A stretch of DNA of 64,000 nt from a virus. Under the pieces are notes generated by a model. The model had not been told where the DNA came from, ran no database searches, and saw only the letters and a list, made by a program, of their open reading frames with translations. Of this stretch, positions 17,212 to 24,545 are shown one piece after another (the stretch's first letter is position 1; each line of letters opens with the position of its first letter). A program made the translations under genes and the position numbers. The stretch spans positions 1 through 64,000 of the IMG/VR virus record IMGVR_UViG_3300042884_001293, one strand, 5' to 3'.

Positions 17212-18129
17212 TTACTGACCTATCAGCATTTGCCAGTTTTTGACATCTCGAAGGTACTCAATAGCTTTTGCTGTGTGTTCATCTGGTATATAGGTAGTCG
17301 TCACCGTGCGGGGTAATTCTGCAAGCAAGCTGACACCAAATTTAGACTCAATCTCTTCTAGTACACGTTGGACATCAGCACCAGATTTAAAAGTGATACC
17401 AAATCGCTTTTTCATGTAGTCCTTGAGTTGACCACAAGTTTGACCACTGTATTTAGTCTGCTGATTGTGGCGATCGTCGATGACTTCGATTACTGGCTTC
17501 TCAACTTCTACGATCGCATTATCGCGACCCATCAAACATAAAGTTGTAGGAACTCCATGCAATGCAGTCATCGAACTCATGCGATCCATACGTTGAATCT
17601 CAAGCCTCATATTTTCGTTAATGAGTTCAAGTTCACGAAGGCGATCGTTTTGTTGAGGGACTAGCATTGCCACATCAAGCAAAAGTGTCCTGACTTGTTT
17701 GGCGATCGCAGAATCTCGCAGTAACATACCTAATCTAAGGGCGGCGCGAGGTGTCCAAATAACTAGAGATGAAGTAAAAGAGGTGATGGACAGATTGTCC
17801 ATACCTTGATTCCATAAGGCTTTGACCTCTTTAGCATTGTATTTACGCAACCCGTCGGATTCTAATTCGCCTTTATGGCGTTGCGAAATTTTCTGCACAG
17901 TATCAGTAGAGACTTCGTAGTAATCTGCCATCTGTTGAGTAGTAGCCACGCCTGTACCTTGCCACATCGCCATAACTAGAGACTTAGCTCTATTCAGATA
18001 CTCTAGCGATGCATCCTGACTGAGATCAATTAGCTTCTCATTACGAGCGGATACAGATTCGATTAAAATAAGATCGTTCATATTGCCTAATATTCCTAGG
18101 TAATGTGGATTAAGCGATCGCCTTTCCAA
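17212..18129 (-). CDS. DNA-binding protein (ORF6N/antirepressor-like), tentative
   Basis: 'ATTQQMADYYEVSTDTVQKISQRHKGELESDG' HTH-like segment. A lone minus-strand gene. Confidence 0.35.
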   Translation of the reverse strand: MERRSLNPHYLGILGNMNDLILIESVSARNEKLIDLSQDASLEYLNRAKSLVMAMWQGTGVATTQQMADYYEVSTDTVQKISQRHKGELESDGLRKYNAKEVKALWNQGMDNLSITSFTSSLVIWTPRAALRLGMLLRDSAIAKQVRTLLLDVAMLVPQQNDRLRELELINENMRLEIQRMDRMSSMTALHGVPTTLCLMGRDNAIVEVEKPVIEVIDDRHNQQTKYSGQTCGQLKDYMKKRFGITFKSGADVQRVLEEIESKFGVSLLAELPRTVTTTYIPDEHTAKAIEYLRDVKNWQMLIGQ

Positions 18130-18157
18130 AATCTGCGATCGCTATTAATATTTTACC

Positions 18158-18574
18158 ATGCTCAAATTCACCCTACCCAACACACCGATCGCCGCTAAGC
18201 TCTTATCCAAGCTGCAAAACATAGAGCCTGTGATAAAGACTGTCAGCGCGGATCATGTGATTGCACTGCAAGATAATATTATTCGTGAGGGTGGCGATCC
18301 TGATACGGGTGCGGCGTGGAAAACACTCAGCGCTAAGTACCTCGCACACAAGCGCTTAATTGGCGCGTTCCTTACGATTTTGCGGCGTACTGATGCGATG
18401 CGTAAAGGGATAACGGTAATCAGTAGCGATGGCAAGAGCTATCGAATATCGGTAACAGGTGAGGCTAAACGATACTTTGCATATGCCAATGAGGTGAGGC
18501 GGTTTTTAGGTATGAGTCCAGAGACGAAAGAACGCGCTAAAATTGAGTTAAGCAAGCATTTGAAGGGTAAGTAA
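18158..18574 (+). CDS. putative virion morphogenesis / tail completion protein
   Basis: 138 aa. '...AWKTLSAKYLAHKR...ILRRTDAMRKGI' resembles the Mu gpG/Phage_tail_S family. Located at the start of the tail block. Confidence 0.35.
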   Translation: MLKFTLPNTPIAAKLLSKLQNIEPVIKTVSADHVIALQDNIIREGGDPDTGAAWKTLSAKYLAHKRLIGAFLTILRRTDAMRKGITVISSDGKSYRISVTGEAKRYFAYANEVRRFLGMSPETKERAKIELSKHLKGK

Positions 18575-18577
18575 TGT

Positions 18578-18772
18578 ATGGGACGAATGACACCTGATCA
18601 GCAAGAGTTTTACGAGCATTTGCAAAGAGTACATCCACACTTTGAAAGCCGCTATACAGGCTCTTATCCTCATTTAGCGCACTTAACAACACCTGCTGAA
18701 CGGTATCGGAATTTATGCGAAAGCTACGAGCCTCCAAGATTTAAGAAAGAGAGACATCATGCCACTCCCTAA
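18578..18772 (+). CDS. hypothetical protein
   Basis: ORF track; co-directional. Confidence 0.4.
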   Translation: MGRMTPDQQEFYEHLQRVHPHFESRYTGSYPHLAHLTTPAERYRNLCESYEPPRFKKERHHATP

Positions 18773-19169
18773 CCTCATACCCCCATTTGCGCCCAAAAAC
18801 CCCGATAGCAGTTACAAGCTTAACTGCACGTTTTGGGTACGCAATAGCATAGATACAGGCACGGTTAACGCGCTAGGTAATCCTGTGATTGATAGCGATA
18901 CAAGAGCGGTACAGGGCTGGGCAGTGCGTGAAAGCAATCCGCAATTACTTGAGACGATCGGCGCTAGTGTGGAGGAAACACCGATCAAGATATGGATTCA
19001 AGATCCCAAATGTTTACCAGCTAATTTTGCGTCATTTAATAACGTGCGTTGTGAGTTAGATTTAGGCGGTAAGCGTGTTGGTTTACTTCGTCCTGTGCCA
19101 ATGGCACATCCGTTTGTGCTTAGCAATTTCCAGTTTGTGATTGGAGCTTTTAAAGGTGTAAATGCATGA
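18759..19169 (+). CDS. hypothetical structural-module protein
   Basis: 136 aa. Its last 33 nt are repeated at 19413-19445. Confidence 0.5.
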   Translation: MPLPNLIPPFAPKNPDSSYKLNCTFWVRNSIDTGTVNALGNPVIDSDTRAVQGWAVRESNPQLLETIGASVEETPIKIWIQDPKCLPANFASFNNVRCELDLGGKRVGLLRPVPMAHPFVLSNFQFVIGAFKGVNA

Positions 19170-19369
19170 GTAAAAGTATTCTTTACACGGTTGAAAAAAT
19201 TATTGACGGTTTGCAAGAATTAAAGATAAACGATCTTACAAACATTGAAGCTCACAATAAAAGAGTTGATTACTGGGCTGAAGAACTCCGTAATTATGTA
19301 ACATCCTACGGAAAATGCGCCGATATAATTTCCCGTGCTGCCGCTCTTCTTGAAAAGGAAAAACCATGA
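19166..19369 (+). CDS. hypothetical protein (cassette gene 1)
   Basis: ATGA-coupled; bounded by the duplicated junction sequences. Confidence 0.45.
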   Translation: MSKSILYTVEKIIDGLQELKINDLTNIEAHNKRVDYWAEELRNYVTSYGKCADIISRAAALLEKEKP

Positions 19370-19441
19370 AAAAATATCTACTGCTCCCCCTTCTACTTTT
19401 CGTCATCCCATTGTAATCGGAGCTTTCAAAGGAGTGAATGC

Positions 19442-19672
19442 ATGAAAAGAAAACTAAGACGAATAAGGCATACTCGTCCTGAATGGGTTACGGCTTTAAA
19501 TTTTGCAAGAGTCTACCCTTCAGCGCAAATAAATGAAGTTCTAACTCAATCAATAAATGGAGTTAGATTCGTGCAAATACATATTAAAAATTGGGTGAAT
19601 GCTTGGTACTTTGCTAAAGGAAACGCAGAAATCAGGACAATTGGAATTAAACCAAATAAAACAAAACCATGA
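19442..19672 (+). CDS. small basic protein with RxRxTRPEWV motif (cassette gene 2)
   Basis: MKRKLRRIRHTRPEWV...; N-terminal paralog of 43996-44172. Confidence 0.45.
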   Translation: MKRKLRRIRHTRPEWVTALNFARVYPSAQINEVLTQSINGVRFVQIHIKNWVNAWYFAKGNAEIRTIGIKPNKTKP

Positions 19673-19947
19673 AAAAATACCTACTCCCCATCCTACTTTT
19701 CGCCATCCCATCCCCCGCGATCGCTATTGAACCTCTCAACTATCCCGCCAACTTCATCGAATGGCGCGGCGTAGTCTACAACCTCGATCACTTAGCTGGC
19801 AAAGGCGTGCAACAAATTATCACAGTGCAACAAAAGCCTGTTGAGAAATCAGCGGAATCGCGTGAGGTGAGAGACAATAGGCAGCGGGTTAATTTTGAGA
19901 ATGCTCGGAAATTGCTTTTGATTGAACGCTTACGAAATATGCGATAA
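19669..19947 (+). CDS. small secreted protein (signal peptide)
   Basis: MKKYLLPILLFAIPSPAIAIEP... hydrophobic signal. Similar N-terminus in 51590-51805. Confidence 0.5.
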   Translation: MKKYLLPILLFAIPSPAIAIEPLNYPANFIEWRGVVYNLDHLAGKGVQQIITVQQKPVEKSAESREVRDNRQRVNFENARKLLLIERLRNMR

Positions 19948-20041
19948 TCACAGTGTAAATCGCTTGACTGCGTGTTTACTCCTTTACTATGTCTTGAATG
20001 CGATCGCTGTCCTGAGTTAATTGGATGGCGATCATTTTTTA

Positions 20042-20311
20042 TTAATCAGTTATATATTCTTGTAGAATTTTACCTTTTTCAATACTGCTATCAGCGATTC
20101 CCAAATACTTAACAGTAAGTAAATGTTTAGATCCTTCTGGAACCCAATTCCCGCGATCTAACCTTTCATCATTTCCGTATTGATAGCTAGGCTCAAACGA
20201 TAGATCCTTAGCTTCATCTTCGCTATCAGCGCAAATCACAAAGCCTAAATAACGGGCATAGGATTCTGACTCATGCGATTCGATTGGTTTGACTAGGTAT
20301 AGTTTAGCCAT
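20042..20311 (-). CDS. hypothetical protein
   Basis: ORF track; abuts the upstream gene. Confidence 0.5.
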   Translation of the reverse strand: MAKLYLVKPIESHESESYARYLGFVICADSEDEAKDLSFEPSYQYGNDERLDRGNWVPEGSKHLLTVKYLGIADSSIEKGKILQEYITD

Positions 20312-20527
20312 TTAGCTTCTCCTTAAATAATCGCGATTACTGTGATTTTGGCGTGGCTCTTGCTGTGATTTGGCTAGAGTTGCCCTCATTCCTTCATCGA
20401 TAAACCAATAGATAACCCTTGTTTTCTCGCCTCTACCTTTAGCATGATCTGGCATAAGTTTAATTAACTCAGCAAACTTACTAGGGGCTATGACAATTTT
20501 TATTTCTATTGATTTACCTTCTTCCAT
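20312..20527 (-). CDS. hypothetical protein
   Basis: ORF track; 2-nt gap to the upstream gene. Confidence 0.45.
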   Translation of the reverse strand: MEEGKSIEIKIVIAPSKFAELIKLMPDHAKGRGEKTRVIYWFIDEGMRATLAKSQQEPRQNHSNRDYLRRS

Positions 20528-20529
20528 GC

Positions 20530-21981
20530 TTACTCACCAACGAGACGAGCGATGATTTTTTTAGCTTGATCCAGCTCCTCTTTAAGCTCAATCACCTCAG
20601 TAGTAATATCCATTGGCTTGCAGTTTTCTGGGAGCTTAAGGTATTTGGAAATCACTTCTAACTGAAAGTAGCCTTTGTAATATTTCTTTTTTTCTTGCTT
20701 TAACTCCATGATCGCAAAACAAATGTCAGGTTGCTTGGCATCGCTAGGCAAGTCCAAGAATGAGGCAATACTAGATAGACAGCGATTTAGTCTCTCAATT
20801 TCGCGATCCTTGTCTCCTGTAAGTTGTTCAATCTTGGCGATCGCCTCTTCATTGCTAATATCTTTACCAACTGAATCAATTAAAAGCTGTTTAACCTCAA
20901 GCGCAAATTGAGTAAACTCATGATCGCGTTCCCAGTGTTTGTGACGATCTATTAAATGCTCTACAAAGCTGATAGCGTCATCGTCAGGGAACTCATCAAT
21001 AGACGGATATTTGTCTTTCCTGACCCCTTCATATAGCGCTTGTTTGATCTGACTGCGAAACTTGATTTCTTCCTGATCATAGGCTTGCTTTTGGGCTTGT
21101 AAATCTACTGAGTTTAGCAAATCATTAATAATGCGACTGCCATAAATCTCGTACTCACTACGCTTTCCGAAAAGAGCTAAGTGAATATCGCATAATCGGC
21201 GGAATCCAGTAACAACGATCTTTTCTTCTTGCTTGAATCTGCGATGGTCAAGACATTCTGCATTAGCCTTATTTAAAATGTCGGTAATCTCACCTAGTAG
21301 CTGTGATTGCTCTGATGATTCTTTGATTTTAGCGATCGCTTCATCATCAGATAGCTTGCCCTGATTTAACACTTCTTTGATTGCCATAACAAATCTATTG
21401 GATTGATTTTGATCCCATCTCCTAGCTTTGATTGCCATAACAAATCTATTGGATTGATTTTGATCCCATCTCCTAGCTTTGATTGCTGCAATAGTTTCGT
21501 CATCACTCAAACCTTCGCCAAATAAAAACTTGACCTGATCGCGAAACTCATTAGCAGCCGTGAGATCGTTATACATCTTTTCAATCCTAGCCAACATTTG
21601 ATCATCGCCTAAGACGGTCAGAATCTCATCAGGATTATCATCCAATAATACGTTTACTCGACGACTGAAACTGCAAGGGCGGCGGTTATCAATGGCAAGA
21701 TTTTCTGGTTCTGATGTTTTCACAATGCGAACATCTTTTAACCTTTCAAACCCATTCGCCCATAGTTGCAAGCGATCGCAAAGATGATCGAGGATGCCTC
21801 GATAATAGGAGCGCTCTGTTTTTAGATTGTGGATTTCTGCAATAGTTGCGTCATCGGATTGGATGCCTAATGCTAAAGCTTTCTTTACTTGATCGCGAAA
21901 TGACATAGCTTGTATTGCGTTCTCATGTATTTGATGATTTTCTGGAATAAGAAACCCATACTCATCATTATTCTTAACCAT
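20530..21981 (-). CDS. repeat-containing protein (periodic 'F-R-x-Q-[VI]-K ... SDDE-[AT]-IA-x-I' modules)
   Basis: 483 aa. At least five copies of the module (SDDATIAEI, SDDETIAAI, SDDEAIAKI, DDDAISFV, SNEEAIAKI) plus an exact 17-aa tandem duplication. Confidence 0.6.
   Translation of the reverse strand: MVKNNDEYGFLIPENHQIHENAIQAMSFRDQVKKALALGIQSDDATIAEIHNLKTERSYYRGILDHLCDRLQLWANGFERLKDVRIVKTSEPENLAIDNRRPCSFSRRVNVLLDDNPDEILTVLGDDQMLARIEKMYNDLTAANEFRDQVKFLFGEGLSDDETIAAIKARRWDQNQSNRFVMAIKARRWDQNQSNRFVMAIKEVLNQGKLSDDEAIAKIKESSEQSQLLGEITDILNKANAECLDHRRFKQEEKIVVTGFRRLCDIHLALFGKRSEYEIYGSRIINDLLNSVDLQAQKQAYDQEEIKFRSQIKQALYEGVRKDKYPSIDEFPDDDAISFVEHLIDRHKHWERDHEFTQFALEVKQLLIDSVGKDISNEEAIAKIEQLTGDKDREIERLNRCLSSIASFLDLPSDAKQPDICFAIMELKQEKKKYYKGYFQLEVISKYLKLPENCKPMDITTEVIELKEELDQAKKIIARLVGE
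21379..21480. repeat. perfect 51-bp tandem duplication (2 copies)
   Basis: GATTGCCATAACAAATCTATTGGATTGATTTTGATCCCATCTCCTAGCTTT occurs twice back to back. In frame it gives AIKARRWDQNQSNRFVM x2. Confidence 0.95.
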
Positions 21982-22067
21982 AAATCTCAGTCCGTAGTTA
22001 GTCCGTACTCAATATTATAGCTGTTTTTTGATGCAATCCTAGAGGTAAAGTATCTAGGATTAAAATC

Positions 22068-22847
22068 ATGGGTGAGAAGCTCACGACATTTGAGACGGGT
22101 AATGGCGCTAAAGTCGAGATCGTGCCTTTAGGTAAAGGCGACACCGATTACCCCAAGCGCATTGCGATCACCGTTACCACGGCTGCTATTAAGAACGCGA
22201 CTACTGTTGCTGTTTCCTATAGCGTTGCTACGGCTGGGCAAACAATTAAGATCCCTGCTGGAACTTGTCTGCCATTTACCGATCCAGTAACTGGAAACGT
22301 AGTTAGCGCAACGGTTACAACTTCTGTCAGCACGGCGTTAAGCACTGGGTCGGGGCCATATACTGCCACTGGCTCAATTGCATTAGACGCAAATCATCTA
22401 GCGATCCCAAATAACAGCACCAGCTCTAACTTTATTCCTCTTGGGGCGCGTTCAACAGCTACAGGTACAGTAACCCTCGCTGATGAACAGTTGCGAACCT
22501 TTGACTCGACCCTATTTGATCAAGGTCAAATCGTTAGTGGCGCGGGTGAATTTAGCTGTGATGGTGCATTTAGCTCTATCGATGCTGGGCTAACTACCGT
22601 AGCCAACTTGACGATTGGCGCAACTGCGATCGATGGGACAACCGTGATTTCAACTCCAGGGAATTATATGTGGGTAGTTGTCACTACTCCGCCCCCAGCG
22701 GCTGGCTATACATCGGGATTGGTTCGCCGTGCTATCTGCTATTGCACAGACCAGACTATTGACGTACAGGCTGGAGCGATTAGCAAGCAATCGTTACCTT
22801 TCAAAGCTAACGGAAGTGTATTCACAGATCCCGCAGTCGTAACTTAA
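22068..22847 (+). CDS. putative major tail (tube) protein
   Basis: 259 aa, T/S/A/G/V-rich beta-type composition. Located immediately upstream of the chaperone-frameshift pair and the tape measure, which is the canonical order. Confidence 0.5.
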   Translation: MGEKLTTFETGNGAKVEIVPLGKGDTDYPKRIAITVTTAAIKNATTVAVSYSVATAGQTIKIPAGTCLPFTDPVTGNVVSATVTTSVSTALSTGSGPYTATGSIALDANHLAIPNNSTSSNFIPLGARSTATGTVTLADEQLRTFDSTLFDQGQIVSGAGEFSCDGAFSSIDAGLTTVANLTIGATAIDGTTVISTPGNYMWVVVTTPPPAAGYTSGLVRRAICYCTDQTIDVQAGAISKQSLPFKANGSVFTDPAVVT

Positions 22848-23059
22848 TGCATGAATATCTAATCTCTCCCAAAGCATACGCAATAAGTTGCAAGCTAGAC
22901 GGCAAGCAGATTATCGCCGAAATGCTTTATCTAAGGGAAGAGTTTACGCAAGAAACAAAAGTGGATTTATACAGTGGCGATCGCGTTTTGGTTGCCACTG
23001 TATTAATCCCAAAGACTGACATTAATACACATCAAAATATCACTTTGCAAATATGCTAA
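22847..23059 (+). CDS. hypothetical protein
   Basis: ORF track; overlaps the neighbouring stop and start. Confidence 0.45.
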   Translation: MHEYLISPKAYAISCKLDGKQIIAEMLYLREEFTQETKVDLYSGDRVLVATVLIPKTDINTHQNITLQIC

Positions 23060-23514
23060 TTTTTGAGATTGAGCAAAAGCCTCCCTTTAAATCTAAAACC
23101 GTTTTTGGTGTTGAAATTCCTTTACTAGGGGAATTAACCGTAGATGAAGCGATTGCAGTCGATAAAGCGATCGCTATTGATTTAAGCTCGACCAGTGCCA
23201 ATACTGAGTGGAAAATCGTACAGGTATCGGCATGGTTGGCGGTGCGATTATCTGTAAGCCGTGAAGAAATTACAGCACAACTCAAAAAGTCAATACTTTT
23301 GATCGAGGCTTTGTGGCTAACTTTTGTATCTGAACGCGAGGGAATTACCGAAAACTATGAACTTGATGAACCCGTGACTGAGGGAAAGGACGGAAGTCCA
23401 ACCGTACCGTTAAAGACATCGAGGAAGAGTGGAATCAAATCTACCTCAAACTCACAGGATCAAGATTCCGAGACAGATTTAGTGGAGATTTCGGGTCTAC
23501 TCGAATCAGCGTAA
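23053..23514 (+). CDS. tail assembly chaperone (G-like)
   Basis: Positioned before the tape measure and contains a G GGA AAG slippery heptamer in the zero frame. Confidence 0.65.
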   Translation: MLIFEIEQKPPFKSKTVFGVEIPLLGELTVDEAIAVDKAIAIDLSSTSANTEWKIVQVSAWLAVRLSVSREEITAQLKKSILLIEALWLTFVSEREGITENYELDEPVTEGKDGSPTVPLKTSRKSGIKSTSNSQDQDSETDLVEISGLLESA

Positions 23515-23801
23515 TTAGGCAATATCTTGCTTATATTAACGAGCAAGAGTTACAGCGATCGGCAGAACTAGAGGTGATAGCGGCGCGAAATACCCTAGCA
23601 ACAGGTGATTTTAAAGACCGCGAGAAAGCCTTTAGATCGCTTACCCCTTCACTGCAAGCATTGCGTAGAATGCAAGCTAAGAAGCGGATGTCTGTAACCT
23701 TTGCCAAGAAGTTTGCTTTGCTGTTTAAGAAAGGCAAGATCCCGAATTGGGTTGTAGAAATTTGCGATTACGAGACGATTGAATTATTAGCTGGTGATTA
23801 A
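23053..23801 (+). CDS. tail assembly chaperone frameshift product (G-T-like; join 23053..23388, 23388..23801)
   Basis: The -1 frame continues ...TEGK/GRKSNRTVKDIEEEWNQIYL...ISVIRQYLAYINEQE... into ORF 23574-23801. Confidence 0.6.
23382..23388 (+). promoter_or_regulatory. -1 programmed ribosomal frameshift slippery site G GGA AAG
   Basis: The heptamer is in the X XXY YYZ register of ORF 23053-23514. The -1 frame has a TGA at 23379-23381 and is then open from 23382 to 23801. Confidence 0.7.
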
Positions 23802-23803
23802 AT

Positions 23804-24544
23804 ATGAAAAACATCCATGCAGTCTTATCGCATCATATTGCTGATGAATTTATCGACATTTTTGGGCTCGATAATCCATTAACAATTAGTTGTTTTTGGA
23901 GTATTGAAAAAAATATTGGTAATAGTGATTTAACGATCGCGCCAATTACTAAACAATACGATGAACCATTGAGTGACTCTACTAACTATTTAATAATTGC
24001 AGCCCCGTCTCGTTTTTTGATTGATACTAATCGGAATACTTTTTTAGATCAAAATCAAGGATTAAGCGTTGATTTGCAAATTGTAGAAATTTTAATAGAG
24101 TCAACTTTAAAAGATGTTGGTTTTACACCTGAAATAGTAAAACTAAGGCGTAAATCTTTAGAGTATAAAGGCGAATCAGTCCATGTTATCCCTATTGATG
24201 ACTTGAGAGAACACGATGAAAATAATGACGGCTCTTGCTGGTGTAATCCACGCATAGAACAAGAAGAGAACGGACGAGTAATTATTCATAACCCTCTTGA
24301 TGGAAGGGAGATTTTAGAAAGCCTTGATCTAAAGCGCAAAGACATCCCCAATCACCTTGCCTTAGTTGCTAAGCACTGGCTACCCTCCAGCGATACAGAC
24401 GATCTAAATGTAGCGATCGCTTTGAGATGGTTGCAAAAAAGGCATAAGTATTTGACCCCAACTCTAGGGGCAGAAGAAGCTTTAACCGTTTCTTTGGTTA
24501 ATTATTTCGACACTTTTTTAAGAAGTTTGATTGAGGGTGATTGA
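23804..24544 (+). CDS. hypothetical protein
   Basis: 246 aa between the chaperone and the tape measure. Contains 'CWCNPRIEQEENGRVIIHNPLDGRE', a short motif I recognise from many phage hypotheticals. Confidence 0.5.
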   Translation: MKNIHAVLSHHIADEFIDIFGLDNPLTISCFWSIEKNIGNSDLTIAPITKQYDEPLSDSTNYLIIAAPSRFLIDTNRNTFLDQNQGLSVDLQIVEILIESTLKDVGFTPEIVKLRRKSLEYKGESVHVIPIDDLREHDENNDGSCWCNPRIEQEENGRVIIHNPLDGREILESLDLKRKDIPNHLALVAKHWLPSSDTDDLNVAIALRWLQKRHKYLTPTLGAEEALTVSLVNYFDTFLRSLIEGD

Positions 24545-24545
24545 T

